This document shows, in pieces, positions 1 to 10,870 of a stretch of 64,000 nt of DNA. Both the position numbers and the translations under genes were made by a program. The stretch is from Alphaproteobacteria bacterium (lineage in GTDB: Bacteria > Pseudomonadota > Alphaproteobacteria > UBA8317), in assembly GCA_038131935.1 (NCBI GenBank), contig JAYPQH010000022.1, forward strand, positions 61,478-125,477, in the 5' to 3' direction. Below the pieces are notes generated by a model, which had not been told where the DNA came from, did no database searches, and saw nothing but the letters and a program-made list of their open reading frames with translations. Within the stretch, counting starts at the first letter, position 1. The number at the start of each line of letters is the position of its first letter.

Positions 1-246
1 AAGAACTTTTTGTCTGGCTTCCCACTCTTCCTTGGTTAACCCACCGGGATAAGTCTTCTGAGCGGTTCTACTTTGTTGTGTGTCACCTTGTGCCACCACA
101 CGCTTACGCTTCTTCTGGACCACAACCTGCGCACCACCATTGGCTCTAGAGCCACTCCTTGCACCTGCAGATCCAGCCCCTGGGCGCAAAGATAAGGTTT
201 TGCGTCCTTCAGGTTTTGCCGGTGTTTTTTGTCCTTCATCACTCAT
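1..246 (-). CDS. infB: Translation initiation factor IF-2, N-terminal part (runs off window start)
   Basis: Not in ORF track. Manual translation from ATG at 246 gives MSDEGQKTPAKPEGRKTLSLRPG...VVVQKKRKRVV...LTKEEWEARQKVL, typical of the alphaproteobacterial IF-2 N-terminus. ATGA overlap with upstream gene; canonical rimP-nusA-ylxR-infB order. Confidence 0.88.
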   Translation of the reverse strand, partial: MSDEGQKTPAKPEGRKTLSLRPGAGSAGARSGSRANGGAQVVVQKKRKRVVAQGDTQQSRTAQKTYPGGLTKEEWEARQKVL

Positions 247-878
247 GCTTGTTCCAGCCTGTCTTCCATATGTTCGTGTAACAATCCTCGTTCGAGGGCA
301 TCAAGACGGGTCACCTCGTCCAAGATCTGTGCCGTAAGCCCTGATGCGGTCAAGCCTACATGAACTACATGTTCCTGACCCAGTGCTTGCGATAGGTCTG
401 ATGATGTCATCAAACGACAAATCTCTGCTTCCGCTGTAACCGGTTTTAATTTTCGAATACTGTCATCTGCCGCCTCCTGCGCGTGAAACACAAGCGCATA
501 AGGTCCATCTGCCAACATTTTTCCTGCTCCGTGTGTCAATTCCCCCGCTTTCCGAGACATTCCCAACAAATTTCTCACCCGCTGCATAAGCCCTTGCCGC
601 ACCCGCACAATATCTTCAAGTGCTATTGGCGCGATATGACGCATCTGTTTAGACGGCTTTGCCATAAGTTTGGGCAAACATTCATAATGTGTCCAATAGC
701 CTTTACCTGGCAATTTCCTTGCTACATCCACAACCCACTGATTTTGTTGCTCAGGATGCAAAACAAGACGTACCATCAATACGTGATCTTGGCTTTGAGC
801 ACAGACAATACATCGTCTCTCAGGTTTGCGCTGTCCCTTGTGATTGATAGCTTTATTCCTCTTCCACTTCTTGCTCAC
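243..878 (-). CDS. YlxR/DUF448 RNA-binding protein fused to an L7Ae-like domain
   Basis: PERRCIVC...RLV...GKGYW motif followed by LLGMSRKAG...LSQALGQEHVVHVGL; lies between nusA and infB. Start uncertain (GTG at 878; ORF open to 917). Confidence 0.85.
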   Translation of the reverse strand: MSKKWKRNKAINHKGQRKPERRCIVCAQSQDHVLMVRLVLHPEQQNQWVVDVARKLPGKGYWTHYECLPKLMAKPSKQMRHIAPIALEDIVRVRQGLMQRVRNLLGMSRKAGELTHGAGKMLADGPYALVFHAQEAADDSIRKLKPVTAEAEICRLMTSSDLSQALGQEHVVHVGLTASGLTAQILDEVTRLDALERGLLHEHMEDRLEQA

Positions 879-2436
879 CCTCTTGCTGCTGCAAAAATGC
901 TTCAAGATCTTCTTCACTCATCCAGCCAATGGCTATACGTGCTCGGATGATGAGCATTTCTGCCTCAGCTAGATCCAACATACCATCCAAAATAGGTGGC
1001 TCACCATCTTCACCCGTAGCCAATTCCTCTGCCACCAACCCAGCAAAGTCATCCAAACTTTTGATATCATGTTCTGCCAGCTTAATCAGCATCGCACCTG
1101 TAAGCCCATCAAAAGATACCAAATCTTCTTGAGCACCCAAATTTCTTGACTGGCTCCGATACTCTTCATCTTGGGCACTCAAAAACGCACGTGCCCTGTC
1201 TTGGAGAGCATCTGCTAGCTCTTCATCAAATCCATCAATACCAGCCACTTCTTCGAGTGCAACATAGGCAACTTCTTCAATATCGGTGAAGCCCTCAGAA
1301 GCCAACAGCTGGGCTATCATTTCATCAACGTCAAGAGCGTTGATAAAGAGTTCTGTCCGCTGTCTAAACTCTTCCTGACGGCGTTCAGATTCCTCTTGTT
1401 CTGTAAGAATGTCTATTTCCCATCCCGTCAATTGGCTAGCCAATCGTACGTTTTGGCCACCTCTCCCAATAGCGATAGATAAGTTATCATCTGCTACCAC
1501 AACCTCAATACGACCTGCGTCTTCATCCATGACAACTTTTGCCACATTTGCAGGTGCTAAAGCGTTAATGATGAATGTTGCTGGGTCATCCGTCCAATTG
1601 ATGATATCAATCTTTTCACCTTGCAATTCATTGACCACCGCTTGGACACGGCTTCCGCGCATCCCCACACAGGCACCCACCGGATCTATCGAGTTATCTC
1701 GGGACAAAACAGCAATCTTGGCACGGCTTCCTGGATCACGCGCCACGGCCTTGACCTCAATAACACCTTCATAAATTTCTGGCACTTCCATACCAAAAAG
1801 CTTTGCCATAAAGTCCGGTGCTGTTCGCGAAAGAAAAATTTGATGGCCTCTACCTTCATTGGTGACTTTGCTTATAACAGCGCGGAAACGATCACCAACA
1901 CGGAACGCTTCCCGGCGGATAAGTTGCTCACGTCGACAAATAGCCTCAGCTCTTCCCAAGTCCACAATCACATGGCCATATTCAACCCGACGAACAACGC
2001 CATTGATAATTTCACCAACGCGGTCCTTGTACTCATTATACTGACGTTCACGTTCTGCATCTCGAACCCTCTGCACAATCACCTGTTTGGCTGTTTGTGC
2101 AGCAATCCGCCCAAAATCAATTGGTGGCAACTCTTCGGTAATAAACTCACCAGTTTGTATCTCTGGATGATCAAGACGCGCGGTCTCTAAAGCCATTTGC
2201 TGCGCAGGATTTTCAACAACATCGACGATTTCCGTGAACCTCTTAAGACTTATTATTCCAGACCGCTCATCTATGATAGCACGAATATCATACTCCATAC
2301 CGTAACGTGAACGTGCCGCCCGTTGGATCGCTTCCGCCATGGCTTCAAGAACGATAGTCTTATCAATAGATTTTTCACGAGCTACCGCATCAGCAATTTG
2401 TAACAGCTCAAGTCGGTTTGCACCTACCACGCTCAT
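853..2436 (-). CDS. nusA: Transcription termination/antitermination factor NusA
   Basis: FGRIAAQTAKQVIVQRVR, ARDPGSRAKIAV, GACVGMRGSRVQAV, AIGRGGQNVRLA motifs. Confidence 0.99.
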   Translation of the reverse strand: MSVVGANRLELLQIADAVAREKSIDKTIVLEAMAEAIQRAARSRYGMEYDIRAIIDERSGIISLKRFTEIVDVVENPAQQMALETARLDHPEIQTGEFITEELPPIDFGRIAAQTAKQVIVQRVRDAERERQYNEYKDRVGEIINGVVRRVEYGHVIVDLGRAEAICRREQLIRREAFRVGDRFRAVISKVTNEGRGHQIFLSRTAPDFMAKLFGMEVPEIYEGVIEVKAVARDPGSRAKIAVLSRDNSIDPVGACVGMRGSRVQAVVNELQGEKIDIINWTDDPATFIINALAPANVAKVVMDEDAGRIEVVVADDNLSIAIGRGGQNVRLASQLTGWEIDILTEQEESERRQEEFRQRTELFINALDVDEMIAQLLASEGFTDIEEVAYVALEEVAGIDGFDEELADALQDRARAFLSAQDEEYRSQSRNLGAQEDLVSFDGLTGAMLIKLAEHDIKSLDDFAGLVAEELATGEDGEPPILDGMLDLAEAEMLIIRARIAIGWMSEEDLEAFLQQQEGEQEVEEE

Positions 2437-2984
2437 TCATCTTCTCCTTCAACAAATTCCTTTGAAGATTCCATGGATAATCTTGCTTGTTCCATGAGAT
2501 CATCATTCATTACCAACTTCGCTCGCGCGATCATGGGGTAAGCTAGAATATGCTGTCCATCTTCCCCTTCTAAACAAATTTGTTCCGCCCCTGTATCACC
2601 TGTAACCACACCTTGCAGCCAACCGCGAAAATGTCTTCGACCTGAAATATCTGGGCGTGAAAGATCTACTTTTACTTCAAAACCAGCCCAGTTAATAAAA
2701 TCCTTTAGTCGTGTGAGGGGTCTATCTACTCCTGGAGATGAAACCTCCAAGTTGTAAAAACCAGATATGGGGTCAGCCACATCAAGGATCGCCGATGCCT
2801 CACGCGAAATTTGTTCACATCCGCCAACATCCATACTACCATCTGGCCGCTCTGCCATAATTTGTAAGGTTGTTGCTTTTCCTTGACCCGTCATCCTTAT
2901 GCGGACCAACTCAAACCCTAAGTCTTCGATAACCGGCGCAAGAAGGTTTGCAATGGTCTCTTCTAACGGCGTACCTGCTATCAT
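2433..2984 (-). CDS. rimP: Ribosome maturation factor RimP
   Basis: LQIMAERPDG, YNLEVSSPGVDRPL motifs; directly upstream of nusA; start taken at ATG 2984. Confidence 0.97.
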   Translation of the reverse strand: MIAGTPLEETIANLLAPVIEDLGFELVRIRMTGQGKATTLQIMAERPDGSMDVGGCEQISREASAILDVADPISGFYNLEVSSPGVDRPLTRLKDFINWAGFEVKVDLSRPDISGRRHFRGWLQGVVTGDTGAEQICLEGEDGQHILAYPMIARAKLVMNDDLMEQARLSMESSKEFVEGEDE

Positions 2985-3086
2985 AATTCCCTCAAAACTT
3001 CTCAAAAAACCTATCTCACACTGTCGCTATAGATGGCAGGCGTTAAGACAGCAGCTAAATCTTCACACACTCAATCCATTCTCAAC

Positions 3087-3118
3087 AAAAAAAAGCGGGT
3101 CACGCGACGCGAGCCCAC
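3087..3118 (-). terminator. rimP leader hairpin / intrinsic terminator-like attenuator
   Basis: Minus strand GTGGGCTCGCG-TCG-CGTGACCCGC followed by T8, ~100 nt upstream of rimP. Confidence 0.7.
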
Positions 3119-3215
3119 CTCAATCAATCGATCGACAATGTGAGGGTCCAATGACATATATTTTTTAACTTGGCAAGAAAACTCTTAAAATTTTGACTGG
3201 TCAAACAGTTTTGTA

Positions 3216-3923
3216 TCAAGAAGACGCAACACAGTGAAACGTTAAATAACAAGGCTTACGGCCCTCACGGATGGCTTTTTTCTCATATCTCGTTCCCGGC
3301 CAGCCTTCATAAGACTGATTCCAAGATCCTGCACCTTCTACCAACCAGCGCAGTTGTGGGACGTTTCTTTGATGCCTAAGAACCCAAGATATGTAGTCTG
3401 GGATATCAGATGCGATCTGTAGCATTCCACCCTCACGCAAAACTTTGGCCACGGCTTGCAAGGTATCAGTTTGTACAAAACGTCGTTTGTGATGCCGTAA
3501 TTTTGGCCAAGGGTCTGGGTAAAGAATTGTCACCTGGTCTAAACAGTTAGGTTTCAAATGGTGCAAAACGTCTCGCGCGTCGCCATTATACAGACGCACA
3601 TTCTCAAGGTCATGGCGGGACAACTCTCGCACCATTTTGGCCATACCGTTGGTGAATGGCTCAACCCCTATAAAACCTGTATCTGGGCTCTGTTGTGCCC
3701 GCACCAACAAATGTTCGCCCCCACCAAAACCAATTTCTAAACCATACATATGGCTATGGGGAAATACTCTTTTGAGATCGATAGGGGAGGGAATGTTATG
3801 ATGAAAAAGCTCATATTTGGGGTAGTCAACAGATAGCATCTGTGCCAAGCCTTGGCGCAATGGTTTCCCCTTTCGTCTTCCAAAGATCGTTTTTTTTACA
3901 ATCTTTTCGTTACGTTCTTCCAT
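3216..3923 (-). CDS. trmB: tRNA (guanine-N7)-methyltransferase
   Basis: LEIGFGGGEHL, FIGVEPF, YPDPWPKLRHHKRR, TRYEKKA; start at ATG 3923. Confidence 0.97.
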   Translation of the reverse strand: MEERNEKIVKKTIFGRRKGKPLRQGLAQMLSVDYPKYELFHHNIPSPIDLKRVFPHSHMYGLEIGFGGGEHLLVRAQQSPDTGFIGVEPFTNGMAKMVRELSRHDLENVRLYNGDARDVLHHLKPNCLDQVTILYPDPWPKLRHHKRRFVQTDTLQAVAKVLREGGMLQIASDIPDYISWVLRHQRNVPQLRWLVEGAGSWNQSYEGWPGTRYEKKAIREGRKPCYLTFHCVASS

Positions 3924-5398
3924 AAACCAATCCTTAATACCAAAACCCACAGACCCAACCACAGACCAAAAATAAGATCCCCAAATCGTGCAAACCAAGT
4001 CATGTCATAACGACCTGGAACCCAACTATCAACGACCCCAGTTTCCAATAAATCAAGCGATGAAACCACATAGCCTTGTGCATCAATAACCGCTGAAATA
4101 CCTGTATTTGCAGCTCTCAGCAGCGGAAGTCCTGTTTCAATGGCACGAAATCTTGCCGCAACCAAATGTTGATGAGGGCCATTCGAACGGCCAAACCATG
4201 CATCATTTGTAACGTTAATAATCACATCACGTTGTTTTGGTCGTCCTTCTGGGAACGCAGCTTCAAAACATATTAAAGGCACCACCTGTAACCCTGTTCT
4301 GTTAAGGGTTATTTTTTGTTGTGCAGTCCCCGCCACGAAATCAACACGCATAGGAAATAGCGTACGCAAACCCAAAGGTTCCAAAATAAATTGTAAAGGT
4401 AACCTCTCGCCAAAGGGAACAAGTCGCCTTTTCGCGTAGACTTGATCAATATTGCCCTGCGGATCAAATGTAACAATGGCATTACGTACCTGGCGCCTAT
4501 CATGAGGAGCAAAAAGAACCTGACCGCCAATAAAGTCATAAGAGCCGGACTGAAAATTGATAAATTGCCTCCTCAACTCAGGATATTGCTCGATATCTAC
4601 AGGAAGTGCATTTTCAGGCAAAATGAGCACATCATAATCACCCGGCAACTCACCCAATTGAACCATTTTTGCAATATGATTATCCAGCAGTTCTGCCTTC
4701 CATTTCATATCCTGTGGGATAGATGGCTGCATGATACGTGCCCTATATTCCGTTGCTGGTGGAAGCGGCCGTTGCCATCCCCAATAATGCATGCCCAAAA
4801 AAACAAGAGGCACAAAAATAGTGAGCCATCGACGTCTTTTCTCAATTCCCACCAACCAGCATGTCAACAACAAACCAAAGCAAAGTGGTAGCGTATGAGC
4901 CCCCATAACAGATGCCCATTGCGCCAATGCCGTGTCAGCAAATGCATAAGCTTGCAGATTCCATGGAAATCCGCCCAAAACAAGCCGACGGCATAATTCA
5001 CCTAGACTGAGCGCCACAATTATCCGCGCAACGGAGGCTGCATAAGAAGGCGTTTTTTTATACAAAAAAGAAAAGGAAAGAACATCTGTAAGCGCTAAGA
5101 TCAGTGCAAGTGCGCAAACAGCAATGATGCGCAAATGACCAAATTGCTGCGCATCAATTAAGAATGCCTCGCCAATCCATCCATATCCTAACAAAGAAGC
5201 CACAAAAGCAGACAGAAAAACCACATAAAGAAAATCTCTACGCGCCAAAGTCCTCTGCATCAAATATCCGTAACCCATCCAGACCAACGGAACAGAAAAC
5301 CACAGAGGATTGGGTGCATGTCCTGAATGCCGAAGCAAACCAATCCCACAAGCCGCCAATAGGAGAAACCATAGAGGCAATGGTTTTACAGCGATCAT
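3896..5398 (-). CDS. lnt: Apolipoprotein N-acyltransferase
   Basis: Membrane N-terminus, GGFPWN, YAKRRLVPFGE, LICFEA, NVTNDAWFG, RAIETG, RAANTGIS. Confidence 0.97.
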   Translation of the reverse strand: MIAVKPLPLWFLLLAACGIGLLRHSGHAPNPLWFSVPLVWMGYGYLMQRTLARRDFLYVVFLSAFVASLLGYGWIGEAFLIDAQQFGHLRIIAVCALALILALTDVLSFSFLYKKTPSYAASVARIIVALSLGELCRRLVLGGFPWNLQAYAFADTALAQWASVMGAHTLPLCFGLLLTCWLVGIEKRRRWLTIFVPLVFLGMHYWGWQRPLPPATEYRARIMQPSIPQDMKWKAELLDNHIAKMVQLGELPGDYDVLILPENALPVDIEQYPELRRQFINFQSGSYDFIGGQVLFAPHDRRQVRNAIVTFDPQGNIDQVYAKRRLVPFGERLPLQFILEPLGLRTLFPMRVDFVAGTAQQKITLNRTGLQVVPLICFEAAFPEGRPKQRDVIINVTNDAWFGRSNGPHQHLVAARFRAIETGLPLLRAANTGISAVIDAQGYVVSSLDLLETGVVDSWVPGRYDMTWFARFGDLIFGLWLGLWVLVLRIGLWKNVTKRL

Positions 5399-5418
5399 GG
5401 TTCCTCGCGATCAACAGT

Positions 5419-6279
5419 TCAATGTGATTTTTCTCTCTGGTCTGGATCTATTTTGTTCACACGCACGCGTTTAATACGTCTAGGATCAGCATCTTCCACC
5501 ACGATTTCAAACCCTGCATCAACAACTGGTATAATTTCACCGCGCACCGGAACACGTCCTGTCAAGGAAAACACCAGACCACCCAAGGTATCAACCTCAT
5601 CTTTCATCTCCGCATCGAGCGTAATTCCAGAAAATTGTTCAAACTCATCTAATTCTGTGCGCGCATCTGCGAGGTAACTTTGAGAACCATGTTTCACAAT
5701 CATCTTGTCGTCATGTGCATCATGTTCATCTTCAATTTCACCTACAATTTGCTCAACGAGATCCTCCAAGGTCACCAACCCATCTGTACCGCCATACTCA
5801 TCAATCACGAGAGCCATATGAATCCTCGTTACTTGCATTATGTTCAACAGATCTAACGCAGACATTGAAGGTGGAACAAAGAGTATTTCGCGGCGGTGGC
5901 GACTTAGTTGAAATGCAGATTCATCTTCCGGAGCTTCAAGACCAATCAAATCTTTTACATGTATAAGCCCTATCGGATTGTCTAAAGATCGCTGGTATAA
6001 AGGCATACGGGAATGACCCGAAGCACGAAAACTTTCCACAACATCAGAGAAGTCCTCTTGCTCTTCAAGAGCATCAATCTCTGCGCGTGGCACCATGATA
6101 TTAGCCAACCGAACACGCGACAACGTAAGTACGTTAACCAGCATTATCCGTTCTTCACGCAACAAACTGGCGTCTTTATCTGACTCAACCAAATGTTGGA
6201 TTTTTTTTCGTAAGTCCATATTCTTCATATGCCGACGAAATCCTAAAAATTTTCTTAAGCCTAACGTCTGCATGATCAC
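5419..6279 (-). CDS. CorC/HlyC family CBS-domain transporter-associated protein
   Basis: SGHSRMPLY, HMALVIDEYGGTDGLVTLEDLVEQIVGEIEDEHD, TLGGLV. Confidence 0.95.
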   Translation of the reverse strand: MIMQTLGLRKFLGFRRHMKNMDLRKKIQHLVESDKDASLLREERIMLVNVLTLSRVRLANIMVPRAEIDALEEQEDFSDVVESFRASGHSRMPLYQRSLDNPIGLIHVKDLIGLEAPEDESAFQLSRHRREILFVPPSMSALDLLNIMQVTRIHMALVIDEYGGTDGLVTLEDLVEQIVGEIEDEHDAHDDKMIVKHGSQSYLADARTELDEFEQFSGITLDAEMKDEVDTLGGLVFSLTGRVPVRGEIIPVVDAGFEIVVEDADPRRIKRVRVNKIDPDQREKSH

Positions 6280-6779
6280 ACTCCATCACCAACATATGGA
6301 TCTGGAATTGAAAAATGACACAGGAGATCTCTCTCTTTTTGTTCCATTATGGCTGCATCCTTCTCGCTCTCATGATCATATCCAAGTAAGTGCAGAAGCC
6401 CATGCAGCAACAGATGCGTTGCATGATCTAATAAAGATTTTTTCTGCTTAATCGCCTCTTCAGCGACAACATCAAACGACAATATGACATCACCCAAACC
6501 CTCACACCCCGGAAATGCGGCTGGAATGGGAAATGATAAAACATTCGTTGGCTTTTGTTGGCCGCGAAACTGGCTGTTTAAATCCATCACCAGTTGATTG
6601 TTTGACAAATGCAAAGTTGCCTGTTGACCCGCGGCCAAATGGTTCAAAAAAAAGCGAAAGCGTTCATGCAAAATAGACGATACATGACACCATCTCGGAT
6701 CATCAACTTCCTCAGCTTCCTCATGTGATCCGGGCATATCTCGACCAGCATTCAATGCATCACCAGAATATTGGGTCAT
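6276..6779 (-). CDS. ybeY: rRNA maturation endoribonuclease YbeY
   Basis: LNSQFRG..KPTNVLSFP, HLLLHGLLHLLGYDH zinc motif. Confidence 0.97.
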   Translation of the reverse strand: MTQYSGDALNAGRDMPGSHEEAEEVDDPRWCHVSSILHERFRFFLNHLAAGQQATLHLSNNQLVMDLNSQFRGQQKPTNVLSFPIPAAFPGCEGLGDVILSFDVVAEEAIKQKKSLLDHATHLLLHGLLHLLGYDHESEKDAAIMEQKERDLLCHFSIPDPYVGDGV

Positions 6780-7747
6780 GACAACAATTTGCCCTCTTTT
6801 GCAGCATACGCCTTAACAATACGCTCAACCAGTGGATGACGCACAACATCTTCATTGGTAAAAGAAATATGCCCCACCCCTTGGACATTTTTTAACAAAT
6901 CCACCGCATCCATTAGGCCTGACTTAGAGCCTAACGGTAGATCTACTTGAGAGGGATCACCTGTAATCGCCATACGACTATTTTCACCAAGTCGTGTTAA
7001 AAACATTTTCATTTGTACCGGTGTACAATTTTGTGCCTCATCAAGAATAACAAAGGCATTGGCCAAGGTCCGCCCTCGCATAAATGCCAGGGGAGCAACC
7101 TCTATCTCTCCTGATTCCAATTTACGCGCAACTTGCTCTGCTGGCATCATGTCATACAAGGCGTCATACAAAGGACGCAGATAGGGATCGACTTTCTCAC
7201 GCATATCCCCTGGCAAAAAACCAAGACGTTCCCCTGCCTCGACGGCTGGACGTGATAGAATGAGACGGTCAACCACGCCATCAAGCAGCATTGCAGCGGC
7301 CATAGCCACCGCTAGATATGTTTTGCCTGTTCCCGCAGGCCCAATTCCAAATACAAGTTCGTGTGTTTTCAATTGATCAAAATAAATAGCTTGATTTTTT
7401 GATCTTGGTTCAATGGAACGCTTTTTGATGGCAACCTTGCTTCGAGACTCTGTTACAAAAGATGCCCCACGATCAAATTCCTGTGCGGACATTCCTAAAC
7501 CCATCTGCAATTTTTCATAATTCTTTTGAAGTATGCTTGCAGCTTTAGAACAGGCGTCATGGTCACCTTGGATATGTACCTGGTTCCCACGAGCTACGAT
7601 TTGGATATCAAGTGATTTTTCTAATTTTACAAGATTGACCTCGTGCTGCCCAAACAACTCTGGCAGCAGCTTATTATCGTCAAACTGCATGATTTGCCCA
7701 GACTTAGCGGTATCCAATTGTGGCTTTTTTCGATCTTTCCGGCTCAC
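6776..7747 (-). CDS. PhoH family protein (YbeZ)
   Basis: [43 protein letters not shown]. Confidence 0.97.
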   Translation of the reverse strand: MSRKDRKKPQLDTAKSGQIMQFDDNKLLPELFGQHEVNLVKLEKSLDIQIVARGNQVHIQGDHDACSKAASILQKNYEKLQMGLGMSAQEFDRGASFVTESRSKVAIKKRSIEPRSKNQAIYFDQLKTHELVFGIGPAGTGKTYLAVAMAAAMLLDGVVDRLILSRPAVEAGERLGFLPGDMREKVDPYLRPLYDALYDMMPAEQVARKLESGEIEVAPLAFMRGRTLANAFVILDEAQNCTPVQMKMFLTRLGENSRMAITGDPSQVDLPLGSKSGLMDAVDLLKNVQGVGHISFTNEDVVRHPLVERIVKAYAAKEGKLLS

Positions 7748-9099
7748 CGTAAAGGTCCCACTCTTTTCCCTGACAAAGAATTTTTCTCAACAGCATCAAT
7801 TTGAACTGTCACAATTTTTCCTATGTCATCACTCTGCCCTTGCAAAAAAACAGCTTGTAAAAAAGGTGATTTCCCAACAACTTGCCCAGGGTGACGCCCT
7901 GGTTTTTCCACAAGGACTTCCAATTCTTGGCCTAAAAGGTTCTGCGCAAAGCGCTGGTTTTGCCTATGCAACTCTTCCTGTAGGATTGCTAATCGCTCTG
8001 TTTTCACGTTTTCTGACACCTGTTTGGGCATTACTGAACCAGGTGTACCTGGTCTTCGCGAATATTTAAAGGAAAAGGCTTGAACATAGCCAATTTCTTT
8101 CACTATTTTCATGGTTTGATCAAAATCATCATCGGTTTCACCAGGGAAACCTACGATAAAATCAGAGGACAGTGCCAAATCAGGACGAACATTACGTATT
8201 TTATCAATAATTTGGCGATAAAAATTGACATCATGACCACGATTCATTGCTGTCAAAATACGGTCTGAACCAGATTGAATCGGCAAATGAAGATAAGGCA
8301 TGAGTGCGGGAACCTCTCCATGTGCCTTGATCAACTCTTCATCCATATCTCTGGGGTGGGATGTGGTATATCTAATGCGCTCCAACCTTTCGATATCAGC
8401 CAATTCAAGGATAAGGCGCCCTAAACCCCATTCTTTCCCTGAATGTGCGCGCCCATGATAAGCATTCACGTTCTGGCCTAACAACGTGACCTCCCGTACC
8501 CCGGAGTTCACCAATTGCTTGACTTCATCTATGATATCTTGAGCTGGCCGAGAGACTTCAGCCCCACGTGTGTAGGGTACCACACAAAAGGTACAAAACT
8601 TGTCGCATCCCTCTTGAACTGTAACAAATGCAGAAGGTGCACTTACATTTCGAGGTGTAGAGATTTCGTCAAATTTTGACTCCACAGGAAAATCGGTATC
8701 TAGCACCGCACCTTTCTGTCGTGATCGCTGTGCTAATAGTTCTGGCAAGCGGTGATAGGATTGCGGTCCTACAACCACATCAACCGATGGGGCACGACGA
8801 ACAATTTCCTCACCCTCAGCTTGGGCCACACAACCTGCTACAGCAATGGTCACAGCTTCTGATGATTTTTCATGGATATGACGCAACCGACCGATTTCAG
8901 AATAGACTTTTTCCGCGGCTTTTTCTCTAATATGACAGGTATTCAGGATAATAAGTTCAGCTTGCTCCGGCTTTTCAGTTGTTTCATAACCCAATGGAGC
9001 CAGCAAATCAGCCATGCGTTCTGAATCATAAACATTCATTTGGCATCCGTAGGTCTTTATAAAAAGTTTTTTCGTCTGTGGGTTCGTCAAATCTATCAC
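7744..9099 (-). CDS. miaB: tRNA-i6A37 methylthiotransferase MiaB
   Basis: [33 protein letters not shown] radical-SAM motif, C-terminal TRAM domain. Confidence 0.98.
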   Translation of the reverse strand: MIDLTNPQTKKLFIKTYGCQMNVYDSERMADLLAPLGYETTEKPEQAELIILNTCHIREKAAEKVYSEIGRLRHIHEKSSEAVTIAVAGCVAQAEGEEIVRRAPSVDVVVGPQSYHRLPELLAQRSRQKGAVLDTDFPVESKFDEISTPRNVSAPSAFVTVQEGCDKFCTFCVVPYTRGAEVSRPAQDIIDEVKQLVNSGVREVTLLGQNVNAYHGRAHSGKEWGLGRLILELADIERLERIRYTTSHPRDMDEELIKAHGEVPALMPYLHLPIQSGSDRILTAMNRGHDVNFYRQIIDKIRNVRPDLALSSDFIVGFPGETDDDFDQTMKIVKEIGYVQAFSFKYSRRPGTPGSVMPKQVSENVKTERLAILQEELHRQNQRFAQNLLGQELEVLVEKPGRHPGQVVGKSPFLQAVFLQGQSDDIGKIVTVQIDAVEKNSLSGKRVGPLR

Positions 9100-9123
9100 C
9101 AGTTTGTTTCTATACTTTCGTTA

Positions 9124-9918
9124 TCACGCCGCATCTTTGGTCAATACATCTTGGCGTGCATCCCGACGAAGCTGCTCTAATCCGGCCCTTATCTCTTCAT
9201 GGGCGATGCGTGCAAGAACTTTACGATCATGGTTTGATGCATAAAGCGGTTCAAATATCTTTATGGTGACGTCTACTGGTCCTAGCCGTAGAAAATCCCA
9301 GAGATGAGGCAACAGGCTCATGTCTGCGTACCATCCAATCGTTGGGTGCTCGTCGCGCAAGATCGGGAGACCATAGCGACGCTGATAGCAAACGCATACT
9401 GGATATATGGGCATATCCGGGTAAGCTTCAGCTACAGAAAACAACGAGGATCGAAAAGGTAAAACATGAATGCCTCTGCCAGATGTCCCCTCGGCAAAGA
9501 TTAACATGATATCACCATCACCCAGCCTTGACGCAATTGAATCGCGCTGCGCTGTTAGCTGTTTTTCACGTCGGCGTGAAATAAATATTGTGCGCTGAAG
9601 ACGTGCCAAACGGTTAAATACAGGCCATTTATCAATTTCCGCTTTGGCCACAAAAGACAATGGCGCAGAGACAGAAAGTACAGGTATGTCTAACCAGCCT
9701 TGATGATTAGCAATAAATAACGCAGGGCCCTTTTGAGGCGCGTCACCAACCACTGTGACCTTTATACCCATAATCTTTAACAAAATATGATGAAAGAATT
9801 TGGGAAATGTTTTTCGCCAAGTTGGAAAGAATTTGTCATTCACGACCTGAATAGGAATACAAATCAAGAGCCATAGAATGATACCAATAATCAAAGCTGA
9901 CGCGCGAAAATGTCCCAT
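9124..9918 (-). CDS. Lysophospholipid acyltransferase, probable lyso-ornithine lipid acyltransferase (OlsA-like)
   Basis: ANHQGWLDI, FVAKAEI, FAEGTS PlsC blocks and GWYADMSLLPHLW; directly upstream of miaB, the olsA position in rhizobia. Confidence 0.85.
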   Translation of the reverse strand: MGHFRASALIIGIILWLLICIPIQVVNDKFFPTWRKTFPKFFHHILLKIMGIKVTVVGDAPQKGPALFIANHQGWLDIPVLSVSAPLSFVAKAEIDKWPVFNRLARLQRTIFISRRREKQLTAQRDSIASRLGDGDIMLIFAEGTSGRGIHVLPFRSSLFSVAEAYPDMPIYPVCVCYQRRYGLPILRDEHPTIGWYADMSLLPHLWDFLRLGPVDVTIKIFEPLYASNHDRKVLARIAHEEIRAGLEQLRRDARQDVLTKDAA

Positions 9919-9926
9919 AAATTAAC

Positions 9927-10407
9927 TCAGTTTGTTTTTCCACGCATAGAACCAAGACCTATATCCTTGGCAACCTGTTGACGACGTCGCGTATAGCTTG
10001 GCGCAACAATAGGATGTTCTTTACTTAATGACCAAATTTCACGGTAAGATTTTTCATCCAGATTATGTGCAGACATCAAATGCCTGCGGAGCGTTTTCAT
10101 TTGGGCACCGCATTTCTAAGCACACGACATAAGCATCCGTAACGGACGCGGCTATTTCCACCGCCGGCTTACGTTGAGCGTCCCTACTTCCATCTGCTGC
10201 TTCATCTGACGTTACAGTTGCAATGGTATCCATCAAGGGTAAATGGCCATCATTTGAAACGTTTTCGCCTTTAAGTGCGTCACGAATAGCTGCAACTAGA
10301 TGCGGCAGCTGTTTGTGATCAACATTATTATTTGTAACATAAGCAGATAAAATTTCTGATACTGCGTCGAGTAATGCGAGTTCAACCTCTACTTTAAGTG
10401 TCGTCAT
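9927..10407 (-). CDS. mucR: MucR/Ros family zinc-finger nucleoid-associated regulator (apparent +1 frameshift at 10113-10115)
   Basis: N-terminal ILSAYVTNN..LPHL. Removing one A restores VVCLECGAQMKTLRRHLMSAH...YREIWSL...HPIVAPSY...AKDIGLG, stop at 9927. Confidence 0.92.
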
Positions 10408-10423
10408 TTTTTAAAAATAATCC

Positions 10424-10870
10424 TTATAATTTATTATTAGTATTTTTATGGTCAGCAATTTGTAAGGTCATATCATAAGCATCATTTGTCTTTCCAGTAG
10501 TATGATCACGATAATACTTATATCTTGTACGATTTTGGACAAATCCTAACTTTTGATACAAAGAGATAGCATTCTCATTTGTTGTATCCACTTCACAATG
10601 TAGTCTTTGTACAACCTTTTGCTTCACAAAATAATCTAGTGAGCATGTTAACAGCGATGTACCTATACCCCTATTGCGGTGGTGGGGAGCAACCCATAGC
10701 CACATCAAATCAGCATCTTCCAACTGCATACGCCACCAGATCACGGCATCTAAGCCTTCCCATGTCCATAAAAAATCCGACGATAAAATGGGGCCAGGGG
10801 GGGCACCAGATGTTAGAAGAATGCAACTGTCAGAAGCTAGAGGAACCATGGTCATGTTTGTGTAAGCCAA
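10424..10870 (-). CDS. GNAT N-acetyltransferase, RimI-like
   Basis: VAPHHRNRGIG, EVDTTNENAISLYQKLGF, RYKYY; downstream of tsaB. Confidence 0.85.
   Translation of the reverse strand: MAYTNMTMVPLASDSCILLTSGAPPGPILSSDFLWTWEGLDAVIWWRMQLEDADLMWLWVAPHHRNRGIGTSLLTCSLDYFVKQKVVQRLHCEVDTTNENAISLYQKLGFVQNRTRYKYYRDHTTGKTNDAYDMTLQIADHKNTNNKL

Noticed and set aside
36-242. 68-aa minus-strand ORF in the track
   Set aside because: Wrong frame; the real gene is infB starting at 246 and running off the window
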